A stretch of 64,000 nt of DNA from Takakia lepidozioides. Taxonomy: Eukaryota > Plantae > Bryophyta. Positions within the stretch are counted from its first letter, which is position 1, and each line of letters opens with the position of its first letter. The stretch spans positions 63,240,001 to 63,304,000 of the forward strand of contig CM060731.1 in NCBI GenBank assembly GCA_030704615.1. Direction: 5' to 3'. Under the pieces are notes generated by a model. It was not told the origin of the DNA. It did no database searches and worked only from the letters and a program-made list of their open reading frames with translations. Of the stretch, positions 1-13,556 are shown piece by piece. Both the position numbers and the translations under genes were made by a program.

Positions 1-227
1 GTCTCTACCAAATATGTTAACTTTGATAAGAGTATGCCATCTGGAGCACCTCCCTGGCACACACTGGTCCTGGTTCCTGCTATATACTAATTAGAGTCTG
101 TTTGAACAGTATTGCAACTGAGTCATTCATCTTTGGGATGATTTTGGTTGTTCATGGAAAAGGTCAAAACTCAAGACTGTTTTTGAAACTGTACCTCATT
201 AAAGCAGTCTTCATAACAGGAACTTCT

Positions 228-1580
228 CATCGACATGGCTCCTTTCTGACACCTCTGACCTTCATCATTTTTCTCACCGATACAGTATCATGTCACCTGC
301 AGCTTAGATGTTTGACAGGAGCGCAGAAGTGCAGCATCTTGCTGATCCCACTTGAGCATGTAATTTGCTGCACGTTCTGCCACCTCCACATTTCCATGAA
401 TTCTGCAGGCACCAAGCAAGGCCCTCCATACCACAGCATCTGGTTTGCTTGGCATTCTCTTAACCAGGTCCTCTGCCTCATCCAAGTGCCCTGCGCGGCC
501 AAGAAGGTCCACCATGCAGGCAAAATGTTCTCCTCTAGGAATAAATTCATGATCTCCACTAAAGGAATCTTCATCCATTAGGCCCACATGGCTACATGCA
601 GTGAGAACACATAAAAATGTGACACCATTAGGCTTCAACCCTTCCTGTTGCATTTGTTTAAATAAATCCAGGGCTTTCCTACCACAACCATGCTGGGCAT
701 ATCCTGCCATCATCGCATTCCATGAGACCACATTTCGTTCAGGCATATTGTCAAACACTTGATACGCATCCTCTATGTTCCCACATTTGGCATACATGGC
801 GACCAGGGCAGTTTCTAGGACAGTATTTCGATCAATTCCGGACTTCAGGAGGTCTGCATGGACCTCTTTACCCTTCTCCGATGCTGCCAGGCTGGCGCAT
901 GCATTTAGAACACAAATGAACGTGACCTGGTCAGGCATCACCCCTTCCCGTCTCATCTGCTCATAGGTATGCAAAGCATCCCTACCAAACCCATGCTGGG
1001 CATATCCTACCATCATTACATTCCATGAGACAACATCACGTTTAGCCATATTGTCAAACAGTCGATGCTCCCACATTTGCCATACATGTCGACGAGAGTA
1101 TTCTCCATAACAATATCTGGCACAATTCCAGCTTTCATAATGTCCCATTATGTTCCACGTATACATATCTCGTTCGCACATTTTGTCAAATACAAGGCGG
1201 GCATCTTTGACGCTCCCGCACTTGGCATACATGTCGAGGAGTGTGTTGAGTAGAAAAATGTTTGGCTTGAATCCAGATCGAATAATGTGGGCGTGCACCT
1301 GCTTTCCCTCTGTTAGCAATTTCATCTTGACGCACTCCTGCAAGAGATGGACATAAGTATTGGGGTCTCCCAAAATGCCCCCTTGGTTCAAAATGTGCAC
1401 TGCATCTTTCAGCTGTCCTGCCTTACATGGTGTCCTCACATCCCGGGAAGTGCGAGACATGCTCTTGTAGACTCTCTCCCTTGGTCCGTTGACAAAATCA
1501 ATCGTCACAGTGGAAGTGGCTGATTCAAGCAAATGTGCTCCCCCTGCTTCCAGCTGACCTTCTACCCATGCAGTTGTCAT
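228..1580 (-). pseudogene. PLS-class PPR protein with E domain (organellar RNA-editing factor type), degenerate
   Basis: ORF 288..1808 has PLS repeats (NTLLDMYAKCGSVKDARLVFDKM, RDVVSWNVMMVGYAQHG, HFACMVDLLGRAGHLDEA, WRALLGACRIHGN). An internal stretch (~1060-1145) is read out of frame, and the E-domain end (VRKMMKVRGVRKEP, ~230-290) is in another frame. Confidence 0.85.
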
Positions 1581-1811
1581 GTAGCTATCAATCCATAGTG
1601 CCTTGTTGGTACTCCTGTGCTTGAAATCTGGTCCTCTAGGATGGATCTGTACGCAAACTCCATCCCTACCTCCTTCAGTTCCCCGACCTCCCCAAACAAA
1701 AATGCCTAGATCCTCCCCCTCTATGCCAGTAGCTGACATTGATAAATGTAACTTACAGAGGGAGCACAACAACCACAACCACAATGACCTACCAAAGCTA
1801 GCTCCCATGCC

Positions 1812-2268
1812 ATAACTGGTGGCAAGACTTTAAAAAGGTGGTTGAGCCAGGGAGGGAGAATGAAGATTTGTGACAAAGTTTTCAATGCATCATGTTGTCC
1901 ATACCATGCTTTCACCTTTTCTGCCTCTTGTCCGACGTTGACTGGGGTCTGAAAAGTTTCAAAAGTTTCAATGGTGGGAAGACAATTACCACATAGTGCT
2001 GTAGAAAAGGCGAGACCCGGAAAGACGGTCCGACGCAATTGCTAATCACATCAAATTGCACCATGTTCTCTCCTTCTCCCTCAACCCTTTCGTGGGCGCG
2101 GAGCCTTGGGCCTAAGCTGTGCGCCGCTACGTGGAAGGTGTGAAGGAGGTGATGTCTGGCGGTATTCACTGGCAAAGCATGGACAAGCGCTACCGGCATC
2201 CTGACTCAGTTTTCCCAGAGCTCAGGGCCATCACCAATGTCCATAACCAACTACAAGAGATAATTTAG
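1812..2268 (+). pseudogene. Probable remnant of a microbial-type terpene synthase-like (MTPSL) gene
   Basis: Broken translations NWWQDF..., TMLSPFLPLV, DAIANHIKLH and AVRRYVEGVKEVMSGGIHWQSMDKRY, the last with the WxxxxxRY motif of class I microbial terpene synthases. Stops and deletions are present and no DDxxD is visible. Confidence 0.5.
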
Positions 2269-2414
2269 AGCCTGATCAGATGCAGCACCTGCATCAACTT
2301 TGACATGTTGTAACGAACAAAGCGTCGTGACAACACTTTCAATTTCCAACAAGTACGGTTCCTGATATATATATATATGTCCGCATGCCTGATATACATT
2401 TTCATATGTCAGAT

Positions 2415-2419
<5 letters not shown>

Positions 2420-2454
<35 letters not shown>
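2420..2454. repeat. (GA)n microsatellite
   Basis: Perfect GA run. Confidence 0.95.
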
Positions 2455-2458
<4 letters not shown>

Positions 2459-2996
2459 TCAAAGATGGCTGTGTAGATGGATTTTACTCAGACTGGATAC
2501 AAAGTGAAGTTCGCATCCTAAGAGAAGAAAGAGCTGACGCTGTGATGCAAGTGTTTTGTAATGTTGCGTCACACTTTGATTGTTCGATTTCTGCTTCTTT
2601 TTCCTGAAAGACATGATAACCGAGGTTATCAACCCCTGCAATGCCTGTCAGGTAGAAGCCTCTGGTAATGTTGTTTGTGTCATACAGTGGGATCAGTCTA
2701 GGACTAATTGTTGCCAAAAATGAAGTCAATAGAACCTGCAATGAAGCAGTGTTTGAAGCAGTGGTGACCTGAATAATCAAACAAAGTGTCTTGGGAACCA
2801 TAGAATCCGCACTCATAGAACTTGGCTGCCATATCACCATACACCAACAATGCCACTGCTTAAATTTTCATCCTCCTTTTGCAGCTCCAGGAAAATTTAA
2901 GCAGGAAAAGGAGGATGAATCCAGCACAATGTACTCATTGCATGAGTACAATGTACTACATCCAGCTCCAGGAAAAGGAGGATGAATCCTGCAGGA

Positions 2997-3095
2997 TGTA
3001 CTCATCAACCTCCACTTCAAATGGAAGCACAATGTACTCATCAACCTCCACTTCAAATGGAAGCACAATGTACTCATCAACTCCCACTTCAAATC
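2997..3095. repeat. 36-bp tandem repeat, ~3 copies
   Basis: ATGTACTCATCAACCTCCACTTCAAATGGAAGCACA repeated head to tail. Confidence 0.9.
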
Positions 3096-4659
3096 AAAGC
3101 CATGAATGCTCACCTCTTTGAATTATCATCTTTATATACAACACCTGGGGGCATATTGTAAATGATAGGCTGCAAATCTATGGCACTGCCAGTGGACCTG
3201 GGCTGCTAGGTGCCCCACAGCCAATGAAGATGTTGAATATGATATGGTTTAGTGATGAGATACTAAGACATCAACAAGGTATTCTGCACCTTAAGGCTGA
3301 CAAAAAGTGCCCCCAACCCCAATTTTACCCAACCAATTGGTTATGCAGTTTGCAAAACTCCAGGGTTGTCATTGGCATGTGGCCACATTTTCCACGCTCA
3401 GCTTGGATGAGCCAAGTGCATAGTGTGAGACAGAAAAGCTGAGTCAGCTGCTTTATCTTTCTCTTTCAAACCCTGTGTCTCCTTGGTCATTGGTTGAAAA
3501 GATCTTACAATGTGAGAGGTCCTATTTCTCTCTGCCCAATCCCTTCTCTAGTGTTACTTGGCTTTCCCCCTCAATGGGGTGTGCCTCTCCAAAGCGTGGA
3601 GTTACGTTTTCCTCAGAGGCGCTCCCTCGTTATCCCTCTCTGATACAATCTTTTCCCTCTGAAGCCCCACCTCTTCATTAAACACGTACAAACTCCGCAA
3701 TACCGATCGCCAGCCACCGCTCTCCTGCTCTGGTGCTCAGCATACTGCCAGCATGTACTCCCTCCACAGTGCTGACACCGCGCAATGCTCCTGCATTAGC
3801 GCCGAGTGCCCTGCAATCAATGATCATTCGGATAAGACAATAGCCCTCTTAAACCTTAAAGCTAATAGCAACATGTAACCTTTCAGTTAGAAGTTGCTTC
3901 ACATGTGGAAAAAGCCAAGTTCATGTTAGATATCAGGTCAGTCAACTCTTGGGTATCAGATGGACAGTTCCATTACGAGTTAGATCAGCCACTTGAGCCA
4001 TCTGAAAATGTATACAAAGAACTGCTAAGGTTTCCTGTGCTTGCATTTTACATTTGACCCTCACCCTCATGCCCATGCAGAGAACAACCGTAGCCCAACA
4101 ACAAGGATTAGTATACCTTCCCATCATGTCCCTTCAGTTCCTCCAACAATTGCGCCCGACTTTTATCCCACACCAGGACACGCTGATCGTCTCTATTTTG
4201 CATCGCCCACAATTCATTCTCAGATGGATGGGGCAGCAGTTTTTCGCGAGCATAGGGAAAGTGCGCCACTTAAAAGGCATGACAAATGCTCCAGTTCTCC
4301 ACGTGGTCTATCTCATTACCTCCTCCTTCGAAACAATGATTGGAACCCACTGTCTGCATAAAGATCCTCTTGACATGTGAGCCTTATTTGCCTTGGGTCT
4401 CTGCCCTCACTGTCAGCAACTCCAAGCTAGCACAAGGCCCTCCATTGCACAAGGATGGTGAAGTGGCACCTATATATTAGTACTACATACCTATCAACAA
4501 TCAAGTTCATCTCAGGGAAGTAAGCACCCCATGGATAAACTATTCACGAAATTATAAATGCTTCATTTGAGCTCCCCCACTTCTACAATCACTGTATATC
4601 TATCAATTGAATCTTTCTTCCCTTGCTTTGTTTACAAATTGATTCTGTTTCAAACCATG

Positions 4660-6742
4660 CTATTCCTTATTAAGCTTGCTTTTCCACCATGTCCCTTGCC
4701 AAGACCGTCCAGATGCTTCCTGCCTATCCACTATCAATCTCTTTCCAACCCCATTCCCAGCTGTGTCTGCAAGGCTGTCTTTTTCTCCATCTCTTCCGTC
4801 CCTGATACGCACCTTCAAGTCTGCAACTTTGTCAATCACTCCCTGCATACAGCCATTTACAGATAAGATTCCAGATCTGATAATCTTTTCATTTCTCCAA
4901 AACTTCAAAGCGAAAGACACAGAGGAAGGACACTTGTGGTCAATTAACTGGGAAGAATATAGAATATAGAACAACGTAAAATGTGCTGTAGGTAAGAATC
5001 AAGCACTTTCCAATGAAGAAATTGTAAATACAGGCCTGTATGCTTAACCAAAAGTTCCTTCTGCCGTATATATGGGCATGTTACAGGAAGACTTGGTAGA
5101 TGCAAGGTCATAATTTTTCCCCCAAGGGTCAGAGCAACCTTACCTGCACAGCAATATCAAATGCATCCCTCGCAGTGTCCAACGGACTTGCCCGAGGATC
5201 TGCATACACCAACCCTGGGATCAATTGAACCACTGCCTCTCGCATCCTCTCTATTTCTTTGAGTGGAATGCCAAGAAGGACATCCTCAATACTTGCATTT
5301 CTTGACCGGATGTCGTCTTCAGGTATAAACACCGAGTACTGTGAGTAGTTGGAAGGCAGATGCCAAATATATTGGGAATAGGCAGAGTCCACGTGAAAAA
5401 AGACTGGGATACAACCTGCCAGCATTGAATCAAAAATTGAGCGGCGGGTGAAAGAGTCCCCCTGGGGTTGCAAACAAAAAACGGATTCCTCGAAGAGTTT
5501 CATGACCACTGCCGGTGAATGGCAGGCGCTTTCACCCTTGTCACATTCCAACAGCCGACAATGCTGTGAGCTTCCACATTGGTCCATAATATGTCCTCGG
5601 ATGGAGGTGGAAATCTCAGGGCGTGGTGCCCCAGCAAAACTAAACAGTGCAGTCCGCACCATCTTTCTTGTGCGATCTTGCCAACCCTGAATTTCAGAGT
5701 CTGATGTAGGATGAAAGTAGGTGGGATAAGGGATCCCAAAGTCATTGGTATGCCAAGGGCTTGACTCAATCACTAACACTGTCATGTTCAACACAGCAGG
5801 GAGGACCAAGAGCTTGTTACCCCAGCTCCTCTCTTCATCAGTCTCTCTCCGAAAATCCCAAGTAATGCGTCCACCAACCATGAAGTGATCACGGCCACCA
5901 AGAGTTGCCCATGGAGACTGGCTTTGTAGCCAGTTAACTAATTTAGAGGGTGCCGCATCTCTCACAGAGACATTGCCCCCCCAAAGATTGGGGGAGATTT
6001 CGAGGCCAGCATAAAAGGGCACAAAGAAAGCGGCAGCTTGGCTCGAATCATTTGTTAGGCATTTGTATTGCTTCATTCTGTTGTGAAAGATGACCTCCAC
6101 CGCAAACTGGTTGGTAGCAAACCATCCTCTTTCTGAGAAGACGTGATCCACATCTTCCATTGCCGGGCCTAGCCCCGCATTGGCCAAATACTTGCACATG
6201 TTGGTCCAAGGGCTCAGCGTCTGGCATTCTTCAAGAATTTGTTCGTTGAACTCCCTCGGGATGCCGTGGACGTATATGTACCGATCCTTGCAGGGATCCC
6301 CTAGCTTGATGGTGGGGCCGTCTTCTTTAGATGCAGTCACCGCCTTTACTCCTACTCTAGTAGCAAACCTTCTTCCAGATAGCCCTCCGTCCACGACGCC
6401 CTCTCCCCTTTTACGCCCCCCTCCCTCTCCCTCCATCTGATAGGTGTCTCTCTCCGCCGCTGCGACATCAAGGGGTTCCCTCGTATGCCAAACGGACTTG
6501 CTGAGTTTGGCTTTGTCATTCTGGGAAGAATGTGGATTCCAGCTCCCTAAGCCTAAGCCTCGAGATTCAAATGAGAAGAAGAGTATTACAACCAGCCACC
6601 ACACGGCGAGCCCCAGTCCTACAAAAAAATAGCGCATCTTCAGGCGCGACAAGCCAGCCTTGTCCATCTTTTCTCGAAACGCACTCCTCTTCCTTGCCTG
6701 GATGTGCCCTTGCGACATTAATCCGACATCAGCAGTTTCCAT
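4660..6742 (-). CDS. GT47/exostosin family glycosyltransferase, xyloglucan galactosyltransferase (MUR3/KATAMARI1)-like; 2 exons (6742-5144, 4842-4660)
   Basis: N-terminal TM anchor; [81 protein letters not shown] intron joins DAFDIAVQ|GVIDKV. Confidence 0.93.
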
Positions 6743-9365
6743 TCACCATTGCGTTTTGCAAAGGCAACTCTCTCGTCTCCGAATCCAACGAAAACATCCA
6801 ATGTGGCCCCCACCCTCGCACTCTGAATCTAGCACACCTTTGTCAATCTCCATTCCTGCTCTGTTTCTACTCTCGATTCCTCAACAGATCCTGTATTAGG
6901 TTTCCTCTTCCAAGACAATCGAATCGCCCGCCCCTTTCGTCTCTCAATCATTCTCAGACAGACAAAACATCAAGAACTGCCTTTCCAGCCACCTCAACGG
7001 CCTCCGCACCCTCCAGACTTGCTAACTAAGCAAGATCCGCGCAAACCATGGCTACCTGAGCTTCACATCTCTCTCCTTGGCCTTCCTTCCCGCTGCATCC
7101 ATTCTCAGACAACCAAATTGCGCAAAATCGTAACAGAAGACAGCCTAAAACCCCGAATCGCTCCCAAAACCTCTAAATGCTTGGACAGCGATCACAGAGA
7201 GCAGGAATTGGACTCGGATCCAAAAGAAAACAGACAGAGAGTGCAGATTTGGCCTCGGATTTGAAGGCAGGGCAGCAAGAAATCAGGCTCGAAAAACGCT
7301 ACCCCTTCCTTGTCGCCTACTGGGTAACTCCCCCGCTTTACGGTCTTGGAAGCATCTGGATGGATGGCATCCAGGCACAATGGATGATAAACTGGTTTAT
7401 TGCTCTGTCACTCCCGATCTGCATTCATCCTCGGGAATCTCGGAGGTACTATCATTCATTAAATGGATCGCTGGCATCTTATTCCGCGGATGAGCTTGAT
7501 GGATGAGTGACATTATTCATTCATGTCTACAAGCATTCACGATTCCAAGAGGCCTTCGTGGAATTCAAACCTGCTCTACGTGGCGCACTGCTCATTCTGG
7601 CGTATTAACCGTCTGACCTAAATTTCGTTGCAAATAGAAAGTGCCCTTTGCACTTTTTTTCCAATGAGGTGGCGCCTCGTCAGAGGGAGTCATCATAAAG
7701 ACCAGTAAATGATAGATCAGGTGTTGTCGTGATTGCATTCTTTGCTAAGCATTCTTCTCCCATAAACTCTTAGAGGTACAGGAACAATTCCCTTGACGGA
7801 ATTGAAGAGGTGAGAGTACCCAGGACAATAGAGAATGTAAGGTCACAAGAAAGAATTTTGCTGCCAATCTGTAGGGTGAGGTGGACATAGGAATGAGTGT
7901 TTCACTGAATTTACATTGCAACGATGTGGGATGCATGCAAGCAGGTACCTTAGTTGGTGAGCTAGCTAAAGCTATGGCAGGAGATGATCCAACTTGAAGG
8001 GTCATTTGGAAGTCCTGCTATGGTATGTCCTGAAAGTCCTCATGCTACAGTCCTTAGCCTTCATTTGCCCCAGGAGTGTGTTTGCAACTATTGTGGTGGA
8101 TGGAAAGAGATTTCTCTTCTCTCCGTCCTCATTCCTACCTGCCAATACTTCTCATAAACACACGACACTTAACATCACTTCAGACTACAAGGCAGCAACT
8201 GCTTACAACCATGGGATGGTGGAAAGGGTGGTCAAGAAGCTTGGAAATATCCCAGAGGTGGACATTTGTCCTGTTTATCTGCTATACATACGTCCTCAGG
8301 TGTGTTGAAGTAGAGTAAAACCGCATTTGTATACCATAGTCTGTCCTTAACCCTCAAGAACCTGCAACCATTCACACAATACAGCCACCTACATGACAAG
8401 TTTGTCTTTAAAACACTACAATTTACAGTTTCTCCAGCTGAGTGACTTGGTGGATGGTGACCCACACCAATGAGCACAATGTCATCATTTATGTTGTGTA
8501 AAGTCTTAACACCGCACCCCTTCCTTCTCTCACCCTTTCCTTCTCTCTTCCTTTATCGTATGGTTACAAACACCTCACGTAGGAGAGAATTCATGAGATG
8601 TAGCTTGCTTATTGGCACTTGTATGTGGACCTAGTTTTGGGGGAAAATAAAGAGACAGAAAAACTTTTGTGAGGAGAATGCCCATGGAGGCCAAGAGGGG
8701 GACCTCTGCGACACAGTACACAACAACAGAAACCAGCTCTGGCAAGGTTTAGGAATCTCATGAGTCACCTGTATCTTTCTCTGGTCTCGCAATGAGGTAG
8801 GGCACGACAGAAAGTAGTGCTGTTGTCTCCCCATTGAGGTGGAAAAATCTTATCATAACAAGCAATCTTATTTCAACCTCCAGTGACACAGAGAAAACGA
8901 ATGCAGCGTCTTCACGTGGATGCAGTGATAGAGACAAGTGTTGATGGGAATGGGTGCAATCCAGTAAATGAAGACACAAGTCAGCAACTTTTACAGAACA
9001 CCTTGAAACTCATGTTGCCAGGTAATATAGCCATATCGAAAGTAAGTTTTCTCTGACCTCTATAGACCATTAAGTTTCTATCTGCAGCCTCATCACAAGC
9101 CATGAGCTACTTCTGCACTTCAGCTCTTACCAGAAAACCAGATGTACTTAAGCATTGCCCAGGCCCTGATCCCTTGTCAAATTTGACAGGAAATAAGTCT
9201 CTAGGAGTTTTTGAGGAAGCTTACATGCCACTAGGATACAAAGCTGGTCGAACCACACATAAATTTGAGCCATGACTGGTGAATTGAGGGGTGAGTCGTT
9301 GCAGCATTATGTATATATCTAAAGTCAAGTCATCGTCTATTTCAAACGTGATTGTGCTCTGTAGA

Positions 9366-9830
9366 ATAGAAGCGGTGATAAAAATTCAGGCCAAGTACAA
9401 AGCAATGCTACAGCAACGTTTGTTCGCAAGTCGCAAATTTGCAGTCACGACCCTTCAAGGGGTTGTTAGAGGGTGCCTGGTACGGTGAGCCCTTCTCATT
9501 CTTCATAGGCAAGAGGAGAATGCAGCGGTGGTTATTCAAACCCACTATCGAGGATAGTTTGGAGGAATCATCTCAAAGGTTATGCTTGCCCACGTGAGAA
9601 AACTGCAGGCATGTAAAAAATCCACTAGTTCTGTAGGTGCTTCTTACTGTCAAATTGCGAATTTGAAGATCCAGCAGCACTGGCAGGGAATGACATCCCA
9701 TAGAATGTTTCTCAAAGTTGTGAAATCTGTTTTGAAGATCCAGAGCTGCTGGCATAGAGATCAGGTTCAGCAGCTAGTAGTAGAATGGAGAAAATCAGCA
9801 ACTGTCATTCAAAGTTGTTGCCAGGTATAC
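9366..9830 (+). pseudogene. Fragment of a multi-IQ-motif protein (ASPM/myosin-neck-like), with stops
   Basis: Successive IQ-like motifs IKIQAKYKA, TTLQGVVRGCLVR, VVIQTHYRG, LKIQQHWQG, LKIQSCWH, TVIQSC with in-frame stops. Confidence 0.6.
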
Positions 9831-10015
9831 AAGTTACATTGTGGTAGTCACCACACACCCGCAGGTTCCTGGCGTTCTGATTAGCCCATAAACAATGGTT
9901 AGCTTCTCACTATGATGTCGTAGATAAATTTCATTTTGCTCCTCCTCCAAGTCATGCAAAACAAAGCGCGTGTCAGGTACATACCCAGCCTCTTTCATCC
10001 GACCAGACAATCTCT

Positions 10016-10800
10016 TCAGCTCAGAATGGATTTCCTCAATTTGGGGATCTGCAGTTTGTCATCTACAACGAATGTATGCAACTGGTTGTCGACCTCAATG
10101 CAGCTGCACCTTGGCTCCTTTCTGACACCTTTTTCCTGCATCAATTTTCTCACCTTTGCTGTATCATCCCACCTGCCAGCCGCAGCATAGATGTTCGATA
10201 GCAGCACATAAGCTGAAGGGTTCTGTGGATTCGAGAACGTTTTTGGCTGCACGTTCTGCTACTTCCACACAGCCATGAATTCTGCAGGCAGCAAGAATTC
10301 ACACCCCTCCACACCCCAGCATCTGGTTTGATTGGCCTTTGGTTAACCCAAATTCTCAGCCTCATCCACTCTCCCTGCACGGCCAAGAAGGTCCACCATG
10401 CAACCAAAATGCTCCTATGCAGGAGTCTTGACTCATGGAATCAAAGTAGTGGCAGCCCTTGACATCCACCGGGCCCACTTGGCTACATGCAGAAAGAAGA
10501 GATATCAAGGTGACACTGTCTGGCTTCAAGCCTTCCTGCTGCATTTGTTCAAATAGTTGGAGAACCTCCCTACAACACCCATGCTGACCAGATCCTGCAA
10601 TCATCACACTCCATGAGACCAAATCTCGTTCAGACATACATACTGCCCAACACCTGCCGTGCATCATGCACACTCCCACATTTGGAATACATGTTCACAA
10701 GGGCATTCTCCAAATTAATCTCTAACACAATTCCAGCTTTCATGATGTCAGGATGGACCCTTTTTCAGGGCTCCTAAGCTAGTGCATGCAAATGAAGGAT
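10016..10800 (-). pseudogene. PLS-E class PPR pseudogene fragment
   Basis: ERDLVSWSVMIAGSGQHG, GLKPDSVTLISLLSACS, AYVLLSNIYAAAGRWDDTAKVRKLMQEKGVRKEPRCSCIEV split over several frames. Confidence 0.85.
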
Positions 10801-12429
10801 ATCCTGTTGGGTTTCACTCCTTGCATAGACCAGGCTACCACCACCAAAGCGAGCATCTTCCCAATCATGGGGAACAAAAGTAGAACTACTTTAAAAACCT
10901 CATGGTATGATCGTAACATCTGTCAAGGATGGAGAAGGTTTCCACCCAATCAGGCAAGATAAATCACCCCGCCTTAATTTGCGTATTTGAAGGCAGAGGC
11001 CATGGTGTACTGGAGAAAAAGGAATGGGACTCGCATTTCACGCTTGCTCCGCACGGCTGCAGCATGCAAGCCATGAATTCTGTCAGATGTGTGCAGTAGT
11101 TGTCATAAACCTGAATCCAGACTCGCCATGGCACTCCGAGGGGTGTGGGAAACGAGCCTGGTAGGCGTGCACGCAAGTAAAGAGCCCCCCACCACTAGCA
11201 ACACTCCACGGGGCTGACTTCTGACTACTTCTTCCACCACCTTCAAATCATCGCTAAGGTAGAAACACCCAAATATATGCATGATTCAGCTCAAATCCTG
11301 TAGATTGCTACAATGCCCTGGCTGAGCACAAAATAAAAAGCATACTCCTGCAATCAAGGAGGTTCTGTTGATTGACATCCATGCGGATATAGGCCATTCA
11401 AATTACTATATTCACCAAATGGGATATGATGACCTGAGCAGGAGAACAGCAAGAAGCCATAGAAGAGGCACTGGTCATTAAAAATTCCGAAGGGCATATG
11501 TGAAAAAGGGGGGCTTGTATCTGTAAACTCCACACCGTACTGTGGGGAGGGGCCTGGTAGAAGGAAGAAGACCTGAAGATCTGATTAGGACCAATTTGCA
11601 ATCCATGAAGAGATAGAGAGCCGAGGGAGGAAGAGGAACAGAAGGGGACAAGAGCTCCCGGCGGAGAGCTCTCAACAAGAAGCTTTTAGTTCCAATAAAG
11701 CTGTAACTAAGAAGTACCGCAAAATTTGTGGTGAACGCAGCGTCGAATAGAGCGGACGACATAGAGCTGTGAGCTGTTGGGTTGGCTTTCATGGACTTGT
11801 CGCAGGCCGCGACCCTGTGCTACAACTTCAATACAGCATTTTTTCTTCCGCTCTCCTCCATTACGAGCAACCAAGAGCCTTCAGCATTACAGAAAGAAGA
11901 TGAAGCACCATGAGGGTAGCAATCAAGTACAGGAGAGGTCTTTTAAATGCGGTCACGTGAACAACAAGCACTAAGCAGGATTGTGAATGTCGTGAAATGG
12001 CTGATTGGAAAGGGAAGGTTTATGAATGTAGCGTAAGAAAGGAAGGGGCTACAAAAGATTGAAACTTCAGGTGAAAGAAGGCAAACAGAATCAGATTCAC
12101 ACTTTGACTGTAAGAGACAGAGAAGAGACATTCTCACAAACTGAGAGGGAGACTGCCAGAGTCGGACAACGTTGAGCAACATAATTTGATGAGCGTACGA
12201 AGAATTCTGTCGGCAAAATGCTAACGAAGACAAAAGTGAGAAGGAGACGCGGGATTGGCCCGCTAACCTCAAAACTAAGCAGAAGTCTTTACAAATTGGT
12301 GCCTTCGCTATGCTAGGCTATGACGTCGAGATCAAAAAGAGGGAGAGCGCTACCAAATAGAAGCTCCATTGCAAGATGGACAGCAATGCCCTCAACCTTG
12401 AAGGGATGCCAAACTCACCCGGAACAGCC

Positions 12430-12570
12430 ACATCAATTGGCTGTTTTGGAGCATGCTGACATGCACTCCTTAAGCACCCCCACTTGAATGGATTCTAGAG
12501 ACTTAGCCTGGTGGGAGTTATCAACCCATATTGCAGATGCGTACTCCAAGGCAGGTCTAATAACGCGACA
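12430..12570 (-). mobile_element. LINE RT C-terminal remnant
   Basis: VIRPALEYASAIWVDNSHQAKSLESIQ, homologous to 22630-22720. Confidence 0.7.
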
Positions 12571-13556
12571 AGAGGAGAGAGAGAGAATGAGAGGATTTAG
12601 TATTTCGGTTGAGCAGTAACAGTTCAATGTTCACATTGATTCCTGCATTATCTCGGTAAATCTGTTTGTTTCTTTCAAGGCTCCCTTGAGATGCATGACA
12701 ACCATATCTGATCAGTTTCAAGGATGGACACAGCGTATTTTTTGTGGGTCACTGTAGCCATCAGCCAATGCTGGTGTGGATTCAAAGAGCTTCTGCACTT
12801 TATTCCCTCCATCGCGTCCAGTGCCCACTAGTGATGGAGAAAGCCACTAGTTGCATGTAGAGAGGGAAGCATATGCTTCAACCACTGCTTTAAAAGAACT
12901 GGCCCGAATATTTATGCTTGCTGTATTAGCCCAATATCTCCTTTTGTTCTTGAAGTTCACTGCTTTCTTTGGGTCAACATTAAAACCAGCCTGAGAGTAA
13001 CAAGAAAACAATGGGGTGGTTCACTAACCAACTGCCGAAATTGGCAAAGTGTTGTATGCATTTCATCAAGTTACAACTTGTTGTCAAACCAATTGGATTG
13101 TTCGCCCCAGACTGCACTGTTTTTAAATTGCAGGGAAAAACTGACAATTCCTATCAACAAGGAACTGTGGGTATGTCCAACACCATCAGATCTGGAAGTG
13201 ACACGCTGCAGACAGTGGTGGAACCTAGGGCAGTGCAGCTGATTCCATCTATGCTGACCACTTCACTGCATCAAAATAGCAAAAGCAAGAGCGATGCTTT
13301 CTTTTGATAGCACAGAACTGATACCAACAATAGTCGGGCTCATGTTGAATTCTCATAGGCTGACTCTTTCTTTCCCTTCGTAAAGCAATTCTGCTTACGA
13401 GATGTAAGCTCACTCCTTCTCTTTTGAAAATTCTTCACTCGGGGCACGGAACAGGTGCGGTGCTTCACTGGTTCATACCTTACCCTACACGTCTCTTGTC
13501 CCAAGCTCCGTGTTACGATCACAAGAACACATTAGAGAGTTTTGTTGGTGGGCAAT

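Noticed and set aside
1581-1808. N-terminal signal-peptide-like part of the 506-aa ORF
   Set aside because: Abuts the opposite-strand MTPSL-like remnant and has no clear counterpart in the paralog at 23340; probably fortuitous
11860-11915. CCT-like motif (KSLQHYRKKMKH)
   Set aside because: Too short and degenerate to support
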